A stretch of DNA of 63,986 bases, counting the filler, from Trypethelium eluteriae (taxonomy: Eukaryota): NCBI GenBank assembly GCA_051942245.1. It is 3 parts of 3 records of this genome, joined end to end, with 100 filler letters (N's around TTAATTAATTAA, not from the genome) between each part and the next. Parts side by side here need not be neighbours in the genome. Positions count along the whole stretch, not along the records: positions 23,522 to 46,861 come from JAVECL010000423.1; 2 more parts are not named here. One strand, 5' to 3'. Position numbers and translations under genes: made by a program. Below the pieces are notes generated by a model. It did not search any database, was not told the origin of the DNA, and worked only from the letters and a program-made list of their open reading frames with translations. Within the stretch, counting starts at the first letter, position 1, and the number at the start of each line of letters is the position of its first letter. Positions 24,842-36,732 of this stretch are shown here, piece by piece.

Positions 24842-27800
24842 TATCTTGTGAAGTGGTGTTAACGCGCAAAGTTTGATAGCGATTAGAAGAAATGAGAAGA
24901 CTAGAAAGTCAACTCGAAGGCATCAACTCTTTACTTTGAGCCTATATTTCTAGCTGGCTCCAAAAGGATCAAAAGACTTGACGTCTTCGCCCCAGATTCT
25001 AAGCTTACATGTCGGTTGGACTACGCGAAAGAGCCATAAAAAGAATCTTTGAGGGCTAACGACGCAAGTCGCAATGTATCATGTGGAACATCCTGCCAAG
25101 CGACGGAGTGCTAAGCCCCTGAGTTGACGGTACAAGTGTTGGCGCAGACTTTCAGCCGCAGAGCAGCTTAGACACTCCTGAGGCTTTGACAAGACGGGAA
25201 GCGTAAAAGTCAAGCTACTTACTTACAAGCCAAGCCCAATCTCAATGATGAATGGTTATCTACGAACAGCTCCTCGAGGCCACAAAGCTCAACTATCAGC
25301 AGCCATGACTTGGATTTGACGTCGGATTGATGATCTTGTATTGTAAATAGGCTTTCATTTAGGCTCGATCGTCTCTAAACTAAGAGATCCCAATGTTTGA
25401 TCCCAGGGGCTGCATCTCCTCTAAAGTGCAATCTTCCTTGGTGTTCACATCAATGCAGTATTGGTGACAATAGACGATTGAGTCTGTAAAATGGCAGAAA
25501 CGGCGAAGTCTGAGCTCTGATGTTGCAAAGAATCTCCGGCAAAATGATCTCCTTTTGCTAGTGCTAAAGTGGGGGTTAATTTTGGAAAGCGTTATTAATT
25601 AGGGGCCCAGGCCAGGCATGTAAGCACGCTTCCAAGCCACAAACGTATAGTGACAGGCTCAGCCACATCGACCCTCATGGATTCAATCAAAAATTCACCC
25701 TTCCGGTAGGCCACAGGTGTTAACTCCGACTATAGACACGAAAGTGTAAGGTGGACACTTGACATATTACTGGTAGGAGAAAACATCTCATATTGTTATT
25801 CTTATTTTTATTATTATTTTACTTTAAAGAAGTCTAACAGTTAATACCAGGACTTTGGTAATGAAATTAAAGTCTTTTGATATCTTGATTCTATGAAGCT
25901 ATCTGGGTCTGAAGGTTTTACGTGTGGTTTCAAAGGCGCGCTAGGCCTAGTGCGGATGGACTCAGGTTGATCTTCAGCATTTTGGAGGTGGCCCTCAAAT
26001 GGTGATGCAGCGTTTATGATATATCGGCCACCTCCTTTGTGGTGGTACTCTACCGACGCTAATTAGATCTACAATGTTGGCTTTCAATAGCTCATGACGG
26101 TCCATCGTCCCTTCATAAAAATAATAAAAATGTGGTCTTCTTCTCTGATCAGGCTGAGCTTCACCCGTATACTCGACTGAAACAACGGACCTTTTTTTTT
26201 TAAAAAAAAAAAAATTGTTACACCGACTCGATGGAAAATGCTCTTAGACCTATTTGCGACTTTAGACTTGAGAATCATAGTAAGGTGGTGCATTTTGAAA
26301 ATTACATACTGCGAGCACCTCGAGAATATGAATGGCTCTCTGTATGAACGGAAGACCTCGACGTCCAAGTTGTATCGTGGCGAGTGATTGTTAATAGATG
26401 AAATCTTTCGGAATCATGTGCCATGTCCAACATTTAATAAAGCTCTCAAAACTATCTGGGATACGTGTTTCCTACCAGAAACCACGGGCTGCTGGGCCTT
26501 CCGACGGCACATTTGGCAGATGACAAGTACGGATGGCGGACAGGCAACAAGTCACGTAATAATAGCAACGATTGCCTCAGCGGACAGGTGCATCTTAACT
26601 GGACATGCATCTAATAAGTCGAAAGGCTAGGCTTAGAAGGAACTATCTCTGTTCAAATCCGACCCAGCGTGGTCATGAATTATATACTATGGCTGACTCT
26701 GCGCTGCTCGCGTGGTCTTTCCCCTTACATCTAAGAAAATCGCAAGAGCCACAAGGTTATAGGTTTTATTGGCCATGTCCGACCAATCACCGCCCGGCGA
26801 GAAGCTGCTGCACGAATGGCCGTGTAAGACCAATCACCGCCCGGCCGGGTTCTCGGTCCAGTATCGGGACACCCTCGCTATGGCACCAATGCTCTGTACA
26901 TGGATACTGCTTGCCGCGTGGTGAAGGGAGACGTATGCAAGAGTTACGACATTGTTCAGTGGGTCTACCTGCTGATTGCCTCTGGCCGTAAAGCTCAACC
27001 TTCCACCCTTTGTCATAGGTAAGAGGCTTGCTCAGCAAGGCGTCGGGCCGAAATCTAGGACAAGGCAGATTTCCGGACACTGGAGCATGCGGAATCTTGG
27101 AGATCTTTGTAGTCGTACTTCAGCAATGGTTTTCCCTACCTCTCCAGAGCCGACTCGACGAGTCATTTAACAGCACGGCCTAATGACTTGATGAAAAAGC
27201 ACCATGTACGCGACACAGAGACTGCAGGTACGAACAGTCGACGTAGATTTTCCTTGGCAGTCCTTTGTAATTCTCGCGGTGACTTCTCTGACGGGATCCT
27301 TTAGAGTATGGCATACACTTCTATTTAATAGAAAGGGCCATCAGAACCGGCGTTGTGCTCTATCTTGGACGTGTAAGGATTGCGTACCGTCCAAAACTCA
27401 ATGCGTTCCCAATGGAGTCAGCAATTTTCCGTCCCATATTCTCCACAGGAACTGCCTTGATGTGTCCCATAGGACTGAGGTGTGGTGATGGTCGTGCGGC
27501 ATTCCTAATGCGGACCACCTCTGCGGTTGTTACGGTGATGTCGTCCGGTCGCGAATGCCATGACCGTAGGGCACTCTAGCCTAGAATCTTCTAATGAGCA
27601 ATCTTCAGCTTTAGCGTCATCGTACCATCGACTAACGGCGCGTAAATGCACGACAGCGACAAATTCAGACGTGTCCGTCGTAATTCGACGCAAGTGCAAC
27701 CGGTATATGCAAAGCAGGGTTGCTTTTGTCACTATCTTTGGTTGCCTTAGGTACCTCACGGGACCACCAGGACATACCCTGGAGTTGAAGATCTTTCACT

Positions 27801-28157
27801 TCTCGAACTTAAGATGTTAAACTTTGTGGGAGCATGTGGGCGCAGCCTGGGCCGACTTCGATCCCATTCCAATCGTAATGATGGGCTGCATTAGAAATGC
27901 CGCGCGATCATGTCACCATCCACTCACCCTATGAGCCACGTCAAGGCAAAGGTGGTGCTCCTCTATGGTTGCCGGATAAGAAGACATCTCACAGTGATTA
28001 AAGTTGAGTAGCAAAGGATCTGGGTCTGACTGGATAGTGTATGAATGGAAAGGAAGAATAGTACAGGGTATCACAAGACTACCAAGACCACATTCATTCG
28101 TGCACAAAGATATGTTTCCGGCTTCGAAATGAGAATCACGTGGCGTATTACCAGTCC

Positions 28158-30228
28158 TCACCTCTCGGCTTCCTCCTCCTCCTCCTCCTTTCCAGCCTCG
28201 ACCTCCATCGTAACCTTCCTTTCCACATTGCCCCGCGCATTCGTCGTCGAAAAGTGATACTTGCCCTTATTCCACAGATCCTTGATCGTTATTTCCCTCG
28301 TCCGACCCAAACTCTCAATGGCTGAAATCCGATCTAAGGTCGCCTCCAAGAACTCCTCGAATCCTTCCTGCGAGCACACCTCGCGGAACGCGTTCTGCAT
28401 GGGCACCGAGTCGGCGCGGACCATGGCATTGGAGTCGATGGTGAAGATATTAATATGATCGTAGCTCTGGATGAAGTCTGCACGCGTCATGATCTGGCGT
28501 GCCTCGTGCAGCGGGATCTGCGGTAGGATGTGGCCCAGCTCCGGATCGTAGGTCTTGGTCATATCCTTTTCGCGATCAACTAGGGCTTTAGCCAGAACCA
28601 TAGCCGCAGAGGCATATTTCTGCTGGTCCATGACATCGTCATCCATTTCTTCGCCGAGAATCCAGCATTGGTTTAAGAACCAGGTCTTTTCTTTGTGGTT
28701 GATGTCATCGCAGACTTTGAGCATGTTCGGGTTGCGGGCTACGCGATTGAGGTAGTTGAGGCGGCCGCCGACTTTGTCGTAGACTTGTTCGAGGACCGAG
28801 AGAGATGGTTCTTCATTATAATATTTCAGGCGAAATCTCTTGAGCGCTTGCATGGCTTTTTGCTTGGATAGGTCCATGATCGCTGTGACCTCCATCCGAG
28901 TGGCAAGCTGCTTCAATCGCTCGTAAACCCAGTAGTCATCGCTGTTGATGATCATTGTTGCCAGGTTGCTGGCTGCCCATTGTTCTGCCCGCTGCTGAAT
29001 GAGTTCCAGGAGATCACGTCCATCGTCGTCATCGCGCAACAAATGTGCGCTGTTTATGATTATTACCAATGGTCTTCCAACCTTATCTCTGCGCCTGAGA
29101 GCTACTTTCTCCAGTTTGTTGAAAGCACGCTCTATATCAAGCAACGCAGACGCATCGCGAGGACCTCGAATCGAGAAGAGGGAGCCGATGTTATCTTCAT
29201 GATACTCAAAATCCAGGGCCTTACCAAGCCTAACTCGGAAGATCTCAAGGTCAGCGTGTGCCTCAAGCATTGCAACACCCTCGCCATCGATTTTCGCCAT
29301 GGCGTCAATGAGCATCGATGACTTCCCCGTTCCCTTCTCTCCAATCAAGAGATGATAAGCACCGGTCCTAGTGCCATTGACAATGGCGTCGATCTTCTCT
29401 TGGTCGTCACGCGTCACCCAATGGGTCTCGTCCGGCAAGTTGACTTTGTCCATCTCCTTTCCACGAGCGGCTAGATCGAGCACTGGATCACCGGGTTTGA
29501 ACGCGTTCTCCATTTTGCGAAGAACATTCCATTTATAGTACCTGGTATAGCTGTACCCCACGGCCCTAGGTCCCTGTTAGCTCTCTTAGAAACAGGCAGA
29601 ATTGGCGGACACGATGGTTTCGCATCTCATTTATGTACAAGAAGTCTGGAAATGAAAAACTTAACCAATGAGATACAGAACGGGGCCGCCAAAAGGCGGT
29701 CCGGATCAATTAAATCTTGAAGCTGATGGCTCACAAATGTTCTTTTCCTACCCCGGAAATAAAATAAAATGTTTTGTAAGCCAAGGAAGCTCAAAAAACT
29801 CACCCTAAGATGGCAATGCTTGCAAAGGTCGTCAATGCACTCTCAAACATCTTGAACGCTGTGGGTCCCCATCCATCGTCCCCGTTCTGCTTCCCTTTCC
29901 CTCCTTTCTTCTCATTCTTACTTCGACCGTTCTCTTCGCCCTCTTCGTCGTTAAATGGCAAGTTCGGTCCGCCTTGTGGTCCTGCATTGGTTGTCTGTAA
30001 CGTCGCCCATCGTACTTGCGCGCGTCTCTTGGCGCAATCGTTGCAGATCCATGGACGACGAGACTGTATTAATCTACTGCTCGACGAATGCGATGACGAG
30101 AAGCGACCAGAGGGAGTAGGGTTGAATGAGATATGAATTGCGCGGATACACAAGCATTGGGCTGGGGGTGGAAGTGATCGCGTGCTACTTAACGAGAGCG
30201 GTGCACTGGATCCGAGCCAGGATTTCAT
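28158..30228 (-). CDS. Conserved fungal P-loop NTPase (AAA/STAND-like) with probable mitochondrial presequence and one TM helix
   Basis: Exon 1 (30228-29804) has an Arg/Ser-rich N-terminus and FESALTTFASIAILG. Intron 29566-29803. Exon 2 has Walker A GEKGTGKS, degenerate Walker B LVIIINS and VGGRL. Confidence 0.85.
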
Positions 30229-31092
30229 GGCGCTGATCGTTGAGTTCTGTGCACGAATGTAGACTATTCAAGGTCGCGCAAAGACTCTCCGGGCCATTGT
30301 TACTTAGAGGTTGACGCAGGTGCTGGAGAAAATAGGCGCGACACGTAAGAGAGCTCTCACGCGCTGATGGAAGCGTTCCCGTCGCCAAGCCTTTCTTTGG
30401 ATCGATCAGCCGAAGCTTGGCGTTTGATGCGCATGCACTCGCCACATGCACGTTGGTACCTGTTTCACCCCTAATTTCGGCCGCATGCAAGATTGTTGAT
30501 CGCTCTTGATCGATGCCAGGATGTTTGCAAGTCCAAGGCGTCAGGCTTGACAAGGGTTAGGGAGAATATTCTACACATTTTGGACTGGATTTTCTCTATT
30601 ATAACTTCTCTCACAGTAGTTCCTAAGATAATTGACTAAGTATCTAAGCAAACGCGCACCTAATTAGGTACAGCACTTCCCCCACAAGATCCCGAAGATC
30701 GGTTGAAATCAAAGGGGATTCGTGCAAGCATAAAAGACCTCCGAGCACCTGCCTCCCCAGTCCTCTGGAAGAGATCCAGGAACTACCTAGTGAAATATAG
30801 AAGATACATGGGAAAGAAAGATAGCAGTACCTCGCGCTACGCCTGAGAATGCTTGCAATAGTTTTTCTTCCTCTTTTTGTAGTCTTACAATAGATCTGGG
30901 ATTGAAAACGCCCTCGTGCCGAAACGCGAAGATGAAAGACCGAAGCGCGCTACACGAACAACAAAAGAGAATGCTATGCATGACGCCATGAAGATGACTA
31001 AAAGCATATACTAGGAAGCAACAAACGATAGTGTGACGCAATGTTTGACATCTTCCGCTCTTGGCTTCCGCCGCGCGTTCTGAATAGGCTCA

Positions 31093-33348
31093 CTAGGGGC
31101 GAAGGAGGAGCCTCCTCCTTGCATTACTGGCCTCCTCGAAACCCTCTGCCCACGATGAATCCTCTAGCAGCTCAGCTCCTTCGACTCCGTATCCGAAGTC
31201 CACAATCAAAATCCTCCCATCTTGACTGGTACTGACGATACGACGGTAATCGCTCTTGGCGCTCAGCATCCAGCTCGTCGTCCATTGCGGAAACGTCGCA
31301 ACCTCACCGCCCTTCTCATAGTCATAAACGCGCAAGCTGAGGTCGTAGCTCCCACTGATGATGCGATTGTTCCTCGTATCCAGGAACAAACTCCTGACCA
31401 AAGCCTCGTGGCCCTTGTACGTGCCGACCAAGTCACCCGTACGCGCATCGAACTTGTAGATGACCTGATCATTGCCGCCAGCCAGCACGAAGCGCGCATC
31501 ATCGCTGAATTCCACAGCCGCCAGCCCGCGATCGCGCGACGCGAACTCGCGCACGCAGCTCCCCGACTCGATGTTCCACAGACGCGCGACCCCGTCGCCG
31601 GACGCCGACACGAGCAAGTTCCCGCGGAGCTGGACGGCGTTGACGGGCCCGCGGTGGCCGAGCAGGGTGCGGATGACGGTGCCGGTGGCGCGGTCCCAGA
31701 CGATGATGCTGGCGTCCTTGGAGCAGGAGATGATGTGCTTGTCGTCGAAGCAGATGTCGAGCACCCCGGCGGAGTGGCGGAAGAGGCGGCGGATGGGCTG
31801 GAAGGTCTTGATGTCCCAGACGATGCAGGTGTTGTCGGAGGAGCCCGTCACCATGATCTCTGAATCGTACTGGAGGCAGAGCACGGAGGCGGAGTGGAAG
31901 TCGCGGGGCGCGTGGAAGATGGCGTTGCCATAGGCGGTGCCGTTGACGCAGGGAGCTTTGAAGACGGTGTAGCCGTCCACAACTTTCTGGTACTTGTGTG
32001 GCTCGGTGGGCTGAGATGAGGGGCCACCGACTACTTTAAGACATTGGTAGTTGTGGAGATCCCAGACACGAATGGTGCGATCCCGAGAGCCAGTGATGAG
32101 CTTTTCGTTGTCAAATTGGACGCAATAGACGCTGTCAGTATGTCCTGATAGGTAGATAGCCGAACCGTTCCCGTGGCGCCAGTTGCGCTCAATCTCCTTT
32201 CGTGCTTTGTACATCAATCGCCAGTCTTTCTGAGGTTCTCGACGACCGATGCCTGCGGCGCCAACTGGCAAAAGAGGTTCTCGGACAGGATGAGGGTTGT
32301 GTCCGTATTCCGACATGAATAGGTTGCGCCAGATGTGACGAGACCTTGCGGCTTGTTGCCAGCACTTGTTGACGCGCTCGATGTTGGTGAGAGATTGCGC
32401 ATCGAGACATGAAAGAATATTCTCTCCCAATTCCGCGGGTAAGTCTTTGACAAAATCCTTCTTAGGGACGGTAGATAATGCATCAGTATCGTCAAGGCCG
32501 ACCTCGTTATGCGCGTCGTCCTCAGTGTCCATATCCACGCAAACACCGCTTTCATCGTCTTTGGGAATAAGCGAGTGTAACGAATAGCTGGATTTGGTAT
32601 CATGGCGACTTAATTGATGGTTAAGAGAAGTATCAGAGGCAAGCTCAAGTTGAGTCGCAGCAGCTGCTGAAGCTCGCGCAGCTTCTCCACCTTGAGGCAC
32701 GTAAATAGGTGATACAGGTGAGAGAGGGAATCTCGCGGGATGAGGACTCGATGGATTCTGCAAAAAGGGCGTTTGTGGCACTCGAATGGACGAATCATGT
32801 TTGCCTATATTCCCTTTCGAGAGAGGGGCTCCTCCCCGGAACCGACCCCATTTGGACGGCTCAGGCCATCGACCTGGCTGTACTTCAGATGTCGATGTCG
32901 CCGGGGAGGGTCCTGATCCAAGCAAAGACCTTTTGATCAGATGTTTATCGTCTGCAACGACATCGCTTTTGCTCCTTGATGAACCGGCACCTTTGCCACC
33001 TTGATCTCGACTTTTTCGCTTCCCCGTTCCCGCATGCCAGGCGCTTTTAGCAGAGACAGATGCTCGGCGCATTACTGTCTTCAAGCCATGCGTGGCTTCC
33101 TGCAAAGAAGCCTTGCGAGGCCACCTCTGCTGCTCCGTGTCTTCGACCTGCATTGCGTCCTCTGGGAGAAACCTTTCTTCGAAGCCGTTGTAGAATGCTG
33201 GTCTATCCAGACTCGCCTTGCTGGCTGACCATTTCCACCGTCGCTCAGCTTCCAGAGAGATGGGAGATGGATTTTGCTCGTACTCCGGCGCAGGCGCAGC
33301 CGTTCGGGGTCGGAAATTTAGGGAGACACGGCGAGGTAGGTTGGTCAT
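31093..33348 (-). CDS. FWD1: F-box/WD40 SCF substrate receptor (FWD-1/beta-TrCP-like)
   Basis: F-box DFVKDLPAELGENILSCLD...V.K.W. About seven WD40 repeats (GHTDSVYCVQFD, GSRDRTIRVWD, GSSDNTCIVWD, GHRGPVNAVQ). C-terminus SAKSDYRRIVSTSQDG. First in-frame ATG at 33348. Confidence 0.88.
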   Translation of the reverse strand: MTNLPRRVSLNFRPRTAAPAPEYEQNPSPISLEAERRWKWSASKASLDRPAFYNGFEERFLPEDAMQVEDTEQQRWPRKASLQEATHGLKTVMRRASVSAKSAWHAGTGKRKSRDQGGKGAGSSRSKSDVVADDKHLIKRSLLGSGPSPATSTSEVQPGRWPEPSKWGRFRGGAPLSKGNIGKHDSSIRVPQTPFLQNPSSPHPARFPLSPVSPIYVPQGGEAARASAAAATQLELASDTSLNHQLSRHDTKSSYSLHSLIPKDDESGVCVDMDTEDDAHNEVGLDDTDALSTVPKKDFVKDLPAELGENILSCLDAQSLTNIERVNKCWQQAARSRHIWRNLFMSEYGHNPHPVREPLLPVGAAGIGRREPQKDWRLMYKARKEIERNWRHGNGSAIYLSGHTDSVYCVQFDNEKLITGSRDRTIRVWDLHNYQCLKVVGGPSSQPTEPHKYQKVVDGYTVFKAPCVNGTAYGNAIFHAPRDFHSASVLCLQYDSEIMVTGSSDNTCIVWDIKTFQPIRRLFRHSAGVLDICFDDKHIISCSKDASIIVWDRATGTVIRTLLGHRGPVNAVQLRGNLLVSASGDGVARLWNIESGSCVREFASRDRGLAAVEFSDDARFVLAGGNDQVIYKFDARTGDLVGTYKGHEALVRSLFLDTRNNRIISGSYDLSLRVYDYEKGGEVATFPQWTTSWMLSAKSDYRRIVSTSQDGRILIVDFGYGVEGAELLEDSSWAEGFEEASNARRRLLLRP

Positions 33349-34057
33349 TGGTACAAATGAAAGATTAATGAGATGGTTAGCAAGTCCGGAGGCGTCGGCG
33401 GAAGCTCGAGAGGCAAGTAGGGCTCGAAGACAAGCTGCAAGTGGGAAGGGTGGAACTAAAGTGAAGGAGCGTTGGTAGTTGAGGCAAGACGTTGCATCAA
33501 GGATGAAGTTTCTGAGAGGTTCTGAGGCAAGATCAACACAAGTTAGGGAAAGGACAGCGGACTGAGTCAAGCGCAGGCAGACCGCTAGCAATGAATGGGT
33601 GCGACACGCGAATGAGCGCAGAAGCGTGGTAGCGTAGAAGGGTAGAAGGGTAGAAGCGACGAAGATAGAGGACAGGGTGGAAGAGGGCGTTTTGGAGCAG
33701 TGGTGTATATATGGGGGAGGCGAGACTAAAGCGGTGTGTTGATGAAAGGGTGTTGCTTGGTTGCGCAGCGATGCCCGATTCGTGGCGCCCCGAAACCATG
33801 GCAATGCATCCCAACCCTAAATTTGGATCTCAAACCGTCAAACTCAACCTCAGCTCCGCCGGCTCTTGTCATCATCCCATCATCGACAACCTCGGTCACT
33901 TCGTCCACCACTCCCAACACTCCCAAAATCATCCCCAGTCTTCCCCAGTCTCCCGACCGGTGTGACGCTGTCCTAGAGCGGTCTGCCTGCAGTGCCTGCC
34001 TTATCTTCAGGCTCTCCTCCACTGGGCCGGATCCCAACGGAGACTTGTGCCACCATA

Positions 34058-34546
34058 ATGGCCTCTTCTGGTACTGCCGGATGTCCGTACCCGGCCTGGT
34101 ATCAACTGTTCTTTCTCTTCATCGAGCCGGTCTCGACTGTCGTGGGAGCCTACTATGCTCACCTTCAACCAAATACCTATCTTGCCTTGACGCATGCTCC
34201 ATCAGCACCTCCCATAACCGGCGGTCTGCTACCACCACTGGGCACCAAGATCGTTCTATCACAGCTAGCCAATCTCTACCTTGCCTTTGCTCTGAACGAG
34301 GCCCTCGTGCTTCGTAGTTCCCACGACATCCGTGTCTGGAGGACGCTCTTGTTGGGTCTCCTTATCGCTGATTTTGGACATCTGTATAGCGTCTCTCCTC
34401 TGGGGCCAAGTATCTACTGGGAGTTCCAGCGATGGAATGCTATCGACTGGGGCAATATTGGGTTTGTCTATGTGGGCGCTGCGACTAGGATTGCCTTTCT
34501 GCTTGGTCTGGGAATCAAAGCTCGTGTGACCAAACAGAAGAAATAG
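34058..34546 (+). CDS. Small multi-pass membrane protein of unknown function
   Basis: ATG 34058. About four hydrophobic segments; motifs FLFIEP, QLANLY, LLIADFGHL, WGN. Confidence 0.75.
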   Translation: MASSGTAGCPYPAWYQLFFLFIEPVSTVVGAYYAHLQPNTYLALTHAPSAPPITGGLLPPLGTKIVLSQLANLYLAFALNEALVLRSSHDIRVWRTLLLGLLIADFGHLYSVSPLGPSIYWEFQRWNAIDWGNIGFVYVGAATRIAFLLGLGIKARVTKQKK

Positions 34547-35129
34547 AGGTACCCACCGTTCGTGTTACTCCGAACTCATTCGCAAAGAAATTTTCTCGTA
34601 TCCTATTTGTCATTGGCTTTTCATAAGTAGCACCAGCATGGGTCAGCAAACCATGGAGAAAACCCGGGGTATTTCATATTCCATCACGGGTAAATCGGGT
34701 CGGATGATCCGCAATAGCTGGATAGAGCCTCGCGAAGAATACTAATTATTAAGCTATCGAATTCTGGCTGAGGATGTCTAGCCAGTGACCTTGTCGGGAT
34801 TGCATTGAGAGTGAGGATAAGACTTGCCAATTAACAATAGTCATTTACGAACTCACTATCCTCCCTTACGAAGAGCGACTAGCGCTGCGTAACCGGTTCT
34901 AGCTGCTGTAGCGCGATAGCCGTGGACTTGTTCAATGCGAAGGTTGTCAATACCTAAACTGTTTTTGGCAGTAAGATTACGTTTATGCACTCGTATCTAA
35001 ATTTGCTTGGGTAGAGGCTATAAGATATGCTCTCTGTGCAATCGCTTGCGATGCTACGGATAAGTATCAAAGCAAGCCCCAGCGCTTTGGCGGCGAAGTC
35101 TACATGGAGTGGCGCGACCACACTGCTTC

Positions 35130-36440
35130 CTACTCAGAGACAAAAAACTTGCTGTATGCCTTTTTCTCTTTCTTCACCCGGTCTGATGCCTTCTTCCTTA
35201 CTTCAGCCAATGCACTCTTGATTGCCGGGTCTTCTGGCACACGCTCCGAAGCCTCGTTGAGTGCCTCTTCGGCTTCCTCGTCATTCTTCCTGGCTGCTAA
35301 CGCTTGACCCCGTCTAAAATAAGCCTTGCCTCGATCCTTTTCCGGGATACCGTCGACCGCGATGGCGTTTGCCGCCGATTTTTCAGCATCATCGAAATGT
35401 TTAAGTTTGATCTGCAGTAACGCCGAGTTGTTGTGGAGGGTAAACTTGAGTGATTTGAGCTGCTGGTTGAGATCTTTAGGATCGGAATCTTGTGCTTCAG
35501 GATATTCGTGCAAATAGCGAAGGCCCTTTTGGTATTTGGCGAGACCAAGAGTGAGATCACCAGCCTTGAAGGCTTTATTACCCAGGTCCTTGAGCTCCGT
35601 AGCAATTTTGACAATGCTGGTGCCTGATAGGTCTTCTCCTTGATCTTCAGGGAAATCTTCGTAGGGATCGCCAGTGGTATCGGGTTGCTTTTCCTTTGCA
35701 TGTGCGTAGGTATCTCCATGCAGTTCTCCGCAGTCTTCAATGACGACATCCTTGTCTGGCTTGTCACTTTTCGTGGGGAGGTTCTCAATCTGTCTCACGA
35801 TACTCTTGCCATTGATCACTTCACCAAAGACGACATGCTTGCTGTTAAGGTGAGGTGTCTCCACAGTGGTAATAAAGAACTGGGAACCATTGGTTCCCGG
35901 GCCAGCATTGGCCATTGAAAGAAGGAAGGGCTTCTCATGCTTCAGTTCAAAGTTTTCATCCTCAAATTTCTCGCCGTAAATTGACTCTCCACCTGTCCCA
36001 TTTCCTGCAGTAAAATCGCCTCCTTGGATCATGAAAGATTTGATCACACGATGGAAGATGGAGCCTTTGAAGGATAGTGGCTTGCCCGATTTGCCTGTAC
36101 CCTTCTCTCCAGTGCACAGTGCACGGAAATTCTCCGTTGTCTTGGGAACAACTGGTTCCCATTAGCCCAGAGCTCCGTCGATGCAATCCAGAAATGCTCA
36201 CCGTCGTTGTACTGGGTTCTTTATTAGCTCTGAATAACTAAAATGCAGCATCTGCTATTTATACAATGATGGACTGCAGGACAGAACTAAGAAAACATGA
36301 CCTACAAGTTCGAAGTTGATTCTACCGAGTGCGACGCCACCGACTGAAATGTCAAAAAAGACTCGAGGTCGCTCTGTTGTAGATCCTTCGTCAGCTTCAA
36401 GTCTACCATTCACATAAGCAATATCACCTTGAGATGCCAT
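35130..36440 (-). CDS. CPR6: Cyclophilin-40 (PPIase + TPR), Hsp90 co-chaperone
   Basis: [58 protein letters not shown]-terminal TPRs. Introns 36374-36427, 36212-36305, ~36152-36201. Confidence 0.95.
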
Positions 36441-36732
36441 TTCAGAAGGCCCGCTGAGGTTCTGGTGCAATCGTCAGGAATACAAGCAAGTCAAAGGTTC
36501 AGTCAAAGGCTGAAAGGTCGAGACACAAAAGGTTGTATACTTCTAGGCGCTAGGGTGAAGCTCAGTTGTGAAATTCAAGAAGATTCCATGGCCTGACCGC
36601 AGCCTTGTGGACAAACAATCTGCCCCACCCTGCATCCGCCACTGGGGGCGCACATGAATAAATTGAGTAATTGGATATTTAGTTTGAGTACTACAACTTC
36701 AATGTACATATAGGAAAATTTATGTCCTGCCG

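Noticed and set aside
26388..28160. Cluster of 60-130-aa ORFs
   Set aside because: Overlapping on both strands, atypical composition, no motifs; consistent with chance ORFs.
29566..29803. TPP riboswitch, U6/U5 snRNA or tRNA identity for the structured intron
   Set aside because: Lacks the CTGAGA...TGAT...AGCG TPP core, the ACAGAGA/AGC U6 boxes, the GCCTTTTAC U5 loop and a TTCGA T-loop; no convincing C/D boxes.
31222..31933. Long + strand ORFs (213 aa, 153 aa) opposite the FWD1 WD40 region
   Set aside because: Antisense shadows caused by high GC3 in the real gene; no recognisable motifs.
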